DNA of 64,000 bases, taken from the NCBI RefSeq assembly GCF_009914755.1, contig NC_060943.1; one strand, given 5' to 3'. The notes beneath the pieces are model-generated. The model had not been told where the DNA came from. It saw only the letters and a list, made by a program, of their open reading frames with translations, and did not search any database. Below, one piece after another: positions 27,001-39,300 of this stretch; positions within the stretch are counted from its first letter, which is position 1; every line of letters starts with the position of its first letter. The translations under genes were made by a program, and so were the position numbers. This DNA comes from the human T2T-CHM13v2.0 reference genome, Homo sapiens.

Positions 27001-30000
27001 GATAGGGCAGTTTGGAAACACTCTTTTTGTAGAATCTGCATGTGGATATCTGGAGCGGTTTGAGGCCTACGGTCAAAAAGGAAATATCTTCCTGGGAAAA
27101 ATAGACGAAAGCATTCTCAGAAAGTGCTTTGTGATATGCGCATTCGACTCACCGAGTTGAAACTTTTTTTTGATAGAGCAGTTTTGAAACACTCTGTAGA
27201 ATCTGAAAGTGGATATTTGGAGCACTTTGAGGGCTATGGCGGAAAAGAAAATATATTCACATTAAAGTAGACAGCAGCATTCTCAGAAACTTCTTTAGGA
27301 TGTTTGCAGTAAACTCACAGAGTTGAACATACCTTTCCGTAGAGCAGTTTTGAAACACTCTGTTTGTGGGATCCGCAAGTGGATATTTGGACCGCTTTGA
27401 GACCTTTGCTGGAAATGGGAATATCTTCACATATAAACTAGACAGAAGCATTCTCAGAAACTTCTTCGTGATGTGTGCATTCTCCTCCCGAATTTGAATC
27501 TTCCTTTTCATGAAGCAGTTTTGAAACACTCTGTTTGTGCAATCCACAATTGGATAATTGGAACGCTTTGATGCCCATGGTAGAAAAGGAAATATCCTCA
27601 TATAAAAACTAGACAGAAGGATTCACAGAAAATGCTTTGTGATGTGTGCATTCAAATCACGGAGTTGAATCTTTCTTTTGTCAGAGCAGTTTTGAAACAC
27701 TGTTTCTGTGGAATCTGCCAGCGGACACTTGGAGCGCTTTGAGGGCTATGGTGGAGAAGGAAATACCTTCCCATAAAAACTAGAAAGAAGCATTCTCAGA
27801 AACATTTATGTGAAGCGTGCATTCAACTCACAGAGTTGAACCTTCCTTTTGATACAACAGTTTTGAAACACTCTTTTGAACAATTGCAGGTGAATCTTTG
27901 GAGCGCTTTGAAGCCTTTGTTGGAAATGGGAATATCTTCACACACAAACTAGCCAGAAGCATTCTCAGAAACTTCTTTGTGAGGTGTGCGTTGAACCCAG
28001 AGAGAAGAACCTTTCCTTTGATAGAGCAGTTTTGAAACGTGTTTTTGTAAGATCGGCAAGCGGATAATTGGCTTCGCTTTGTGTCCTTTGGTGGAAACGG
28101 GAATATCTTCTAATAAAAACTAGACAGAAATATTCTCAGAATCTCCTTTGTGATGTGGGCATTCAACTAACACAGTTGAACATTTCTTTTCACACAGCAG
28201 CTTCGAAACACTCTTTTGGTAGAATCTGCCAGTGGATATTTGGAGCGCTTGGAGGGCTATTGTGCCAGTGGAAATATCTGCCCCTGAAAACTAGACAGAA
28301 GCATTCTCAGAAACTACTTCGTGATGTTTGCATTCAACACACAGAGTTGAACATACCTCTTCACAGAGCAGTTTTGAAAACCTCTTTCTGTAGAATCTGC
28401 AAGTGGATATTCGGACCACTTTGAGGCCTTCATAGGAAACAGTAATATCTTCACATAAAAACTAGATAGAAGCATTGTCAGAAAGTTCTTTGTGATGTGT
28501 GAATTCAACTCACAGAGTTGAACCTTCCTTTAATAGAGCAGTTGTGAAACACTCTTTTTCTGGAATGTGCAAGTAGATATTTGGAGCGCTTTGAGGCCTT
28601 CGTTGGAAACCGGAATATCTTCACAGGAAAAGTAGATAGAGGCATTCTCAGAAACTTTTTTTGTGATATGTAGATTCAACTCACAGCGTTGAACCTTTCT
28701 TTGGATGGAGCAGTTTTGAAAAACCCTTTTATCGAATCTGCAGGTATACATTCGGGATGCTTTGAGGGCTGTGGTGCAAAAGGAAATGTCTTCCCATAGA
28801 AACTAGACTGAAGCATTCTCAGCAACTTCTTGTTGACGTTTGCATTCATCTCACAGTGTTGAACATACCTTTCCATAGAGTGGTTTTGAAACACTGTTTT
28901 TGTAGAATCGGCAAGTGGATATTTGGACTGCTTTGAGGCCTTCATCGGAAACGGGAATATCTTCCATAAACACTAGAGAGAAGCATTCTCAGAAACTTCT
29001 TTGTCATCTGTCCATTCAACTCACAGAGTTGAACCTTCCTTTTTATGGAGCAGTTTTGAAACACTCCTTTTGGAGAATCTGCAAGTGGATATTTGGAGCG
29101 CTTTGAGGCCTATGGTAGAAAAAGAAATATCTGCCTCTAAAAACCAGACAGAAGCATTCCGAGAAACTTCTTTGTGATGTTTGCATTCAACTAGCAGAGT
29201 TGAACCTTCCTTTTGATAGGGCAGTTTGGAAACACTCTTTTTGTAGAATCTGCATGTGGATATCTGGAGCGGTTTGAGGCCTACGGTCAAAAAGGAAATA
29301 TCTTCCTGGGAAAAATAGACGAAAGCATTCTCAGAAAGTGCTTTGTGATATGCGCATTCGACTCACCGAGTTGAAACTTTTTTTTGATAGAGCAGTTTTG
29401 AAACACTCTGTAGAATCTGAAAGTGGATATTTGGAGCTCTTTGAGGGCTATGGCGGAAAAGAAAATATATTCACATTAAAGTAGACAGCAGCATTCTCAG
29501 AAACTTCTTTAGGATGTTTGCAGTAAACTCACAGAGTTGAACATACCTTTCCGTAGAGCAGTTTTGAAACACTCTGTTTGTGGGATCCGCAAGTGGATAT
29601 TTGGACCGCTTTGAGACCTTTGCTGGAAATGGGAATATCTTCACATATAAACTAGACAGAAGCATTCTCAGAAACTTCTTCGTGATGTGTGCATTCTCCT
29701 CCCGAATTTGAATCTTCCTTTTCATGAAGCAGTTTTGAAACACTCTGTTTGTGCAATCCACAATTGGATAATTGGAACGCTTTGATGCCCATGGTAGAAA
29801 AGGAAATATCCTCATATAAAAACTAGACAGAAAGATTCACAGAAAATGCTTGGTGATGTGTGCATTCAAATCACGGAGTTGAATCTTTCTTTTGTCAGAG
29901 CAGTTTTGAAACACTGTTTCTGTGGAATCTGCCAGCGGACACTTGGAGCACTTTGAGGGCTATGGTGGAGAAGGAAATATCTTCCCATAAAAACTAGAAA

Positions 30001-30281
30001 GAAGCATTCTCAGAAACATTTATGTGAAGCGTGCATTCAACTCACAGAGTTGAACCTTCCTTTTGATACAACAGTTTTGAAACACTCTTTTGAACAATTG
30101 CAGGTGAATCTTTGGAGCGCTTTGAAGCCTTTGTTGGAAATGGGAATATCTTCACACACAAACTAGCCAGAAGCATTCTCAGAAACTTCTTTGTGATGTG
30201 TGCGTTGAACCCAGAGAGATGAACCTTTCCTTTGATAGAGCAGTTTTGAAACGTGTTTTTGTAAGATCTGCAAGCGGATAA

Positions 30282-33200
30282 TTGGCTTCGCTTTGTGTCC
30301 TTTGGTGGAAACGGGAATATCTTCTAATAAAAACTAGACAGAAATATTCTCAGAATCTCCTTTGTGATGTGGGCATTCAACTAACACAGTTGAACATTTC
30401 TTTTGACACAGCAGTTTTGAAACACTCTTTTGGTAGAATCTGCCAGTGGATATTTGGAGCGATTGGAGGGCTATTGTGCCAATGGAAATATCTGCCCCTG
30501 AAAACTAGACAGAAGCATTCTCAGAAATACTTCGTGATGTTTGCATTCAACACACAGAGTTGAACATACCTCTTCACAGAGCAGTTTTGAAATCCTCTTT
30601 CTGTAGAATCTGCAAGTGGATATTCGGACCACTTTGAGGCCTTCATAGGAAACAGTAATATCTTCACATAAAAACTAGATAGAAGCATTGTCAGAAAGTT
30701 CTTTGTGATGTGTGAATTCAACTCACAGAGTTGAACCTTCCTTTAATAGAGCAGTTGTGAAACACTCTTTTTCTAGAATCTGCAAGTAGATATTTGGAGC
30801 GCTTTGAGGCCTTCGTTGGAAACCGGAATATCTTCACAGGAAAAGTAGATAGAGGCATTCTCAGAAACTTTTTTTGTGATATGCAGATTCAACTCACAGC
30901 GTTTAACCTTTCTTTGGATGGAGCGGTTTTGAAAAACCCTTTTATCGAATCTGCAGGTAGACATTCGGGGTGCTTTGGGGGCTGTGGTGCAAAAGGAAAT
31001 GTCTTCCCATAGAAACTAGACTGAAGCATTCTCAGCAACTTCTTGGTGACGTTTGCATTCATCTCACAGTGTTGAACATACCTTTCCATAGAGTGGTTTT
31101 GAAACACTGTTTTTGTAGAATCGGCAAGTGGATATTTGGACTGCTTTGAGGCCTTCATCGGAAACGGGAATATGTTCACATAAACACTAGAGAGAAGCAT
31201 TCTCAGAAACTTCTTTGTCATCTGTCCATTCAACTCACAGAATTGAACCTTCCTTTTTATGGAGCAGTTTTGAAACACTCTTTTGGTAGAATCTGCCAGT
31301 GGATATTTGGAGCGCTTGGAGGGCTATTGTGCCAATGGAAATATCTGCCCCTGAAAACTAGACAGAAGCATTCTCAGAAACTACTTCGTGATGTTTGCAT
31401 TCAACACACAGAGTTGAACATACCTCTTCACAGAGCAGTTTTGAAAACCTCTTTCTGTAGAATCTGCAAGTGGATATTCGGACCACTTTGAGGCCTTCAC
31501 AGGAAACAGTAATATCTTCACATAAAAACTAGACAGAAGCATTGTCAGAAAGTTCTTTGTGATGTGTGAATTCAACTCACAGAGTTGAACCTTCCTTCAA
31601 TAGAGCAGTTGTGAAACACTGTTTTTCTAGAATCTGCAAGTAGATATTTGGAGCGCTTTGAGGCCTTCGTTGGAAACCGGAATATCTTCACAGGAAAAGT
31701 AGATAGAGGCATTTTCAGAAACTTTTTTGTGATATGTAGATTCAACTCACAGCGTTGAACCTTTCTTTGGATGGAGCAGTTTTGAAAAACCCTTTTATCG
31801 AATCTGCAGGTAGACATTTGGGGTGCTTTGAGGGCTGTGGTGCAAAAGGAAATGTCTTCCCATAGAAACTAGACTGAAGCATTCTCAGCAACTTCTTGGT
31901 GACGTTTGCATTCATCTCACAGTGTTGAACATACCTTTCCATAGAGTAGTTTTGAAACACTGTTTTTGTAGAATCGGCAAGTGGATATTTGGACTGCTTT
32001 GAGGCCTTCATCGGAAACGGGAATATCTTCACATAAACACTAGAGAGAAGCATTCTCAGAAACTTCTTTGTCATCTGTCCATTCAACTCACAGAGTTGAA
32101 CCTTCCTTTTTATGGAGCAGTTTTGAAACACTCCTTTTGGAGAATCTGCAAGTGGATATTTGGAGCGCTTTGAGGCCTATGGTAGAAAAAGAAATATCTG
32201 CCTCTAAAAACCAGACAGAAGCATTCCGAGAAACTCCTTTGTGATGTTTGCATTCAACTAGCAGAGTTGAACCTTCCTTTTGATAGGGCAGTTTGGAAAC
32301 ACTCTTTTTGTAGAATCTGCATGTGGATATCTGGAGCGGTTTGAGGCCTACGGTCAAAAAGGAAATATCTTCCTGGGAAAAATAGATGAAAGCATTCTCA
32401 GAAAGTGCTTTGTGATATGTGCATTCGACTCACCGAGCTGAAACTTTTTTTTGATAGAGCAGTTTTGAAACACTCTGTAGAATCTGAAAGTGGATATTTG
32501 GAGCTCTTTGAGGGCTATGGCGGAAAAGAAAATATATTCACATTAAAAAAGTAGACAGCAGCATTCTCAGAAACTTCTTTAGGATGTTTGCAGTAAACTC
32601 ACAGAGTTGAACATACCTTTCCGTAGAGCAGTTTTGAAACACTCTGTTTGTGGGATCCGCAAGTGGATATTTGGACCGCTTTGAGACCTTTGCTGGAAAT
32701 GGGAATAACTTCACATATAAACTAGACAGAAGCATTCTCAGAAACTTCCTCGTGATGTGTGCATTCTACTCCCGAATTTGAATCTTCCTTTTCATGAAGC
32801 AGTTTTGAAACACTCTGTTTGTGCAATCCACAATTGGATAATTGGAACGCTTTGATGCCCATGGTAGAAAAGGAAATATCCTCATATAAAAACTAGACAG
32901 AAGGATTCACAGAAAATGCTTTGTGATGTGTGCATTCAAATCACGGAGTTGAATCTTTCTTTTGTCAGAGCAGTTTTGAAACACTGTTTCTGTGGAATCT
33001 GCCAGCGGACACTTGGAGCGCTTTGAGGGCTGTGGTGGAGAAGGAAATATCTTCCCATAAAAACTAGAAAGAAGCATTCTCAGAAACATTTATGTGAAGC
33101 GTGCATTCAACTCACAGAGTTGAACCTTCCTTTTGATACAACAGTTTTGAAACACTCTTTGGAACAATTGCAGGTGAATCTTTGGAGCGCTTTGAAGCCT

Positions 33201-33351
33201 TTGTTGGAAATGGGAATATCTTCACACACAAACTAGCCAGAAGCATTCTCAGAAACTTCTTTGTGATGTGTGCGTTGAACCCAGAGAGATGAACCTTCCC
33301 TTCGATAGAGCAGTTTTGAAACGTGTTTTTGTAAGATCGGCAAGCGGATAA
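30282..33351 (+). repeat. Variant 18-monomer interval (3070 bp; 5 extra monomers)
   Basis: Marker spacing 30282 to 33352. Segment 30428-31280 is repeated as 31281-32133 (853-bp offset). Extra EcoRI site (30714 and 31568). Hybrid junction at 31262-31280. Confidence 0.93.
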
Positions 33352-36300
33352 TTGGCTTCGCTTTGTGTCCTTTGGTGGAAACGGGAATATCTTCTAATAA
33401 AAACTAGACAGAAATATTCTCAGAATCTCCTTTGTGATGTGGGCATTCAACTAACACAGTTGAACATTTCTTTTCACAGAGCAGTTTTGAAACACTCTTT
33501 TGGTAGAATCTGCCAGTGGATATTTGGAGCGCTTGGAGGGCTATTGTGCCAATGGAAATATCTGCCCCTGAAAACTAGACAGAAGCATTCTCAGAAACTA
33601 CTTCGTGATGTTTGCATTCAACACACAGAGTTGAACATACCTCTTCACAGAGCAGTTTTGAAAACCTCTTTCTGTAGAATCTGCAAGTGGATATTCGGAC
33701 CACTTTGAGGCCTTCATAGGAAACAGTAATATCTTCACATAAAAACTAGATAGAAGCATTGTCAGAAAGTTCTTTGTGATGTGTGAATTCAACTCACAGA
33801 GTTGAACCTTCCTTCAATAGAGCAGTTTTGAAACACTCTTTTTCTAGAATCTGCAAGTAGATATTTGGAGCGCTTTGAGGCCTTCGTTGGAAACCGGAAT
33901 ATCTTCACAGGAAAAGTAGATAGAGGCATTCTCAGAAACTTTTTTGTGATATGTAGATTCAACTCACAGCGTTGAACCTTTCTTTGGATGGAGCAGTTTT
34001 GAAAAACCCTTTTATCGAATCTGCAGGTAGACATTCGGGGTGCTTTGAGGGCTGTGGTGCAAAAGGAAATGTCTTCCCATAGAAACTAGACTGAAGCATT
34101 CTCAGCAACTTCTTGGTGACGTTTGCATTCATCTCACAGTGTTGAACATACCTTTCCATAGAGTAGTTTTGAAACACTGTTTTTGTAGAATCGGCAAGTG
34201 GATATTTGGACTGCTTTGAGGCCTTCATCGGAAACGGGAATATCTTCACATAAACACTAGAGAGAAGCATTCTCAGAAACTTCTTTGTCATCTGTCCATT
34301 CAACTCACAGAGTTGAACCTTCCTTTTTATGGAGCAGTTTTGAAACACTCCTTTTGGAGAATCTGCAAGTGGATATTTGGAGCGCTTTGAGGCCTATGGT
34401 AGAAAAAGAAATATCTGCCTCTAAAAACCAGACAGAAGCATTCCGAGAAACTTCTTTGTGATGTTTGCATTCAACTAGCAGAGTTGAACCTTCCTTTTGA
34501 TAGGGCAGTTTGGAAACACTCTTTTTGTAGAATCTGCATGTGGATATCTGGAGCGGTTTGAGGCCTACGGTCAAAAAGGAAATATCATCCTGGGAAAAAT
34601 AGACAAAAGCATTCTCAGAAAGTGCTTTGTGATATGTGCATTCGACTCAGCGAGCTGAAACTTTTTTTTGATAGAGCAGTTTTGAAACACTCTGTAGAAT
34701 CTGAAAGTGGATATTTGGAGCTCTTTGAGGGCTATGGCGGAAAAGAAAATATATTCACATTAAAAAAGTAGACAGCAGCATTCTCAGAAACTTCTTTAGG
34801 ATGTTTGCAGTAAACTCACAGAGTTGAACATACCTTTCCGTAGAGCAGTTTTGAAACACTCTGTTTGTGGGATCCGCAAGTGGATATTTGGACCGCTTTG
34901 AGACCTTTGCTGGAAATGGGAATATCTTCACATATAAACTAGACAGAAGCATTCTCAGAAACTTCCTCGTGATGTGTGCATTCTACTCCCGAATTTGAAT
35001 CTTCCTTTTCATGAAGCAGTTTTGAAACACTCTGTTTGTGCAATCCACAATTGGATAATTGGAACGCTTTGATGCCCATGGTAGAAAAGGAAATATCCTC
35101 ATATGAAAACTAGACAGAAGGATTCACAGAAAATGCTTTGTGATGTGTGCATTCAAATCACGGAGTTGAATCTTTCTTTTGTTATAGCAGTTTTGAAACA
35201 CTGTTTCTGTGGAATCTGCCAGCGGACACTTGGAGTGCTTTGAGGGCTGTGGTGGAGAAGGAAATATCTTCCCATAAAAACTAGAAAGAAGCATTCTCAG
35301 AAACATTTATGTGAAGCGTGCATTCAACTCACAGAGTTGAACCTTCCTTTTGATACAACAGTTTTGAAACACTCTTTGGAACAATTGCAGGTGAATCTTT
35401 GGAGCGCTTTGAAGCCTTTGTTGGAAATGGGAATATCTTCACACACAAACTAGCCAGAAGCATTCTCAGAAACTTCTTTGTGATGTGTGCGTTGAACCCA
35501 GAGAGATGAACCTTTCCTTCGATAGAGCAGTTTTGAAACGTGTTTTTGTAAGATCGGCAAGCGGATAATTGGCTTCGCTTTGTGTCCTTTGGTGGAAACG
35601 GGAATATCTTCTAATAAAAACTAGACAGAAATATTCTCAGAATCTCCTTTGTGATGTGGGCATTCAACTAACACAGTTGAACATTTCTTTTCACAGAGCA
35701 GTTTTGAAACACTCTTTTGGTAGAATCTGCCAGTGGATATTTGGAGCGCTTGGAGGGCTATTGTGCCAATGGAAAGATCTGCCCCTGAAAACTAGACAGA
35801 AGCATTCTCAGAAACTACTTCGTGATGTTTGCATTCAACACACAGAGTTGAACATACCTCTTCACAGAGCAGTTTTGAAAACCTCTTTCTGTAGAATCTG
35901 CAAGTGGATATTCGGACCACTTTGAGGCCTTCATAGGAAACAGTAATATCTTCACATAAAAACTAGATAGAAGCATTCTCAGAAAGTTCTTTGTGATGTG
36001 TGAATTCAACTCACAGAGTTGAACCTTCCTTCAATAGAGCAGTTTTGAAACACTCTTTTTCTAGAATCTGCAAGTAGATATTTGGAGCGCTTTGAGGCCT
36101 TCGTTGGAAACCGGAATATCTTCACAGGAAAAGTAGATAGAGGCATTCTCAGAAACTTTTTTGTGATATGTAGATTCAACTCACAGCGTTGAACCTTTCT
36201 TTGGATGGAGCAGTTTTGAAAAACCCTTTTATCGAATCTGCAGGTAGACATTTGGGGTGCTTTGAGGGCTGTGGTGCAAAAGGAAATGTCTTCCCATAGA

Positions 36301-39300
36301 AACTAGACTGAAGCATTCTCAGCAACTTCTTGGTGACGTTTGCATTCATCTCACAGTGTTGAACATACCTTTCCATAGAGTAGTTTTGAAACACTGTTTT
36401 TGTAGAATCGGCAAGTGGATATTTGGACTGCTTTGAGGCCTTCATCGGAAACGGGAATATCTTCACATAAACACTAGAGAGAAGCATTCTCAGAAACTTC
36501 TTTGTGATCTGTCCATTCAACTCACAGAGTTGAACCTTCCTTTTTATGGAACAGTTTTGAAACACTCCTTTTGGAGAATCTGCAAGTGGATATTTGGAGC
36601 GCTTTGAGGCCTATGGTAGAAAAAGAAATATCTGCCTCTAAAAACCAGACAGAAGCATTCCGAGAAACTCCTTTGTGATGTTTGCATTCAACTAGCAGAG
36701 TTGAACCTTCCTTTTGATAGGGCAGTTTGGAAACACTCTTTTTGTAGAATCTGCATGTGGATATCTGGAGCGGTTTGAGGCCTACGGTCAAAAAGGAAAT
36801 ATCTTCCTGGGAAAAATAGACGAAAGCATTCTCAGAAAGTGCTTTGTGATATGTGCATTCGACTCACCGAGTTGAAACTTTTTTTTGATAGAGCAGTTTT
36901 GAAACACTCTGTAGAATCTGAAAGTGGATATTTGGAGCTCTTTGAGGGCTATGGCGGAAAAGAAAATATATTCACATTAAAAAAGTAGACAGCAGCATTC
37001 TCAGAAACTTCTTTAGGATGTTTGCAGTAAACTCACAGAGTTGAACATACCTTTCCGTAGAGCAGTTTTGAAACACTCTGTTTGTGGGATCCGCAAGTGG
37101 ATATTTGGACCGCTTTGAGACCTTTGCTGGAAATGGGAATATCTTCACATATAAACTAGACAGAAGCATTCTCAGAAACTTCCTCGTGATGTGTGCATTC
37201 TACTCCCGAATTTGAATCTTCCTTTTCATGAAGCAGTTTTGAAACACTCTGTTTGTGCAATCCACAATTGGATAATTGGAACGCTTTGATGCCCATGGTA
37301 GAAAAGGAAATATCCTCATATAAAAACTAGACAGAAGGATTCACAGAAAATGCTTTGTGATGTGTGCATTCAAATCACGGAGTTGAATCTTTCTTTTGTT
37401 AGAGCAGTTTTCAAACACTGTTTCTGTGGAATCTGCCAGCGGACACTTGGAGCGCTTTGAGGGCTGTGGTGGAGAAGGAAATATCTTCCCATAAAAACTA
37501 GAAAGAAGCATTCTCAGAAACATTTATGTGAAGCGTGCATTCAACTCACAGAGTTGAACCTTCCTTTTGATACAACAGTTTTGAAACACTCTTTTGAACA
37601 ATTGCAGGTGAATCTTTGGAGCGCTTTGAAGCCTTTGTTGGAAAAGGGAATATCTTCACACACAAACTAGCCAGAAGCATTCTCAGAAACTTCTTTGTGA
37701 TGTGTGCGTTGAACCCAGAGAGATGAACCTTTCCTTTGATAGAGCAGTTTTGAAACGTGTTTTTGTAAGATCGGCAAGCGGATAATTGGCTTCGCTTTGT
37801 GTCCTTTGGTGGAAACGGGAATATCTTCTAATAAAAACTAGACAGAAATATTCTCAGAATCTCCTTTGTGATGTGGGCATTCAACTAACACAGTTGAACA
37901 TTTCTTTTCACAGAGCAGTTTTGAAACACTCTTTTGGTAGAATCTGCCAGTGGATATTTGGAGCGCTTGGAGGGCTATTGTGCCAATGGAAATATCTGCC
38001 CCTGAAAACTAGACAGAAGCATTCTCAGAAACTACTTCGTGATGTTTGCATTCAACACACAGAGTTGAACATACCTCTTCACAGAGCAGTTTTGAAAACC
38101 TCTTTCTGTAGAATCTGCAAGTGGATATTCGGACCACTTTGAGGCCTTCATAGGAAACAGTAATATCTTCACATAAAAACTAGATAGAAGCATTCTCAGA
38201 AAGTTCTTTGTGATGTGTGAATTCAACTCACAGAGTTGAACCTTCCTTCAATAGAGCAGTTTTGAAACACTCTTTTTCTAGAATCTGCAAGTAGATATTT
38301 GGAGCGCGTTGAGGCCTTCGTTGGAAACCGGAATATCTTCACAGGAAAAGTAGATAGAGGCATTCTCAGAAACTTTTTTGTGATATGTAGATTCAACTCA
38401 CAGCGTTGAACCTTTCTTTGGATGGAGCAGTTTTGAAAAACCCTTTTATCGAATCTGCAGGTAGACATTCGGGGTGCTTTGAGGGCTGTGGTGCAAAAGG
38501 AAATGTCTTCCCATAGAAACTAGACTGAAGCATTCTCAGCAACTTCTTGGTGACGTTTGCATTCATCTCACAGTGTTGAACATACCTTTCCATAGAGTAG
38601 TTTTGAAACACTGTTTTTGTAGAATCGGCAAGTGGATATTTGGACTGCTTTGAGGCCTTCATCGGAAACGGGAATATCTTCACATAAACACTAGAGAGAA
38701 GCATTCTCAGAAACTTCTTTGTCATCTGTCCATTCAACTCACAGAGTTGAACCTTCCTTTTTATGGAGCAGATTTGAAACACTCCTTTTGGAGAATCTGC
38801 AAGTGGATATTTGGAGCGCTTTGAGGCCTATGGTAGAAAAAGAAATATCTGCTTCTAAAAACCAGACAGAAGCATTCCGAGAAACTCCTTTGTGATGTTT
38901 GCATTCAACTAGCAGAGTTGAACCTTCCTTTTGATAGGGCAGTTTGGAAACACTCTTTTTGTAGAATCTGCATGTGGATATCTGGAGCGGTTTGAGGCCT
39001 ACGGTCAAAAAGGAAATATCTTCCTGGGAAAAATAGACGAAAGCATTCTCAGAAAGTGCTTTGTGATATGTGCATTCGACTCACCGAGTTGAAACTTTTT
39101 TTTGATAGAGAAGTTTTGAAACACTCTGTAGAATCTGAAAGTGGATATTTGGAGCTCTTTGAGGGCTATGGCGGAAAAGAAAATATATTCACATTAAAAA
39201 AGTAGACAGCAGCATTCTCAGAAACTTCTTTAGGATGTTTGCAGTAAACTCACAGAGTTGAACATACCTTTCCGTAGAGCAGTTTTGAAACACTCTGTTT

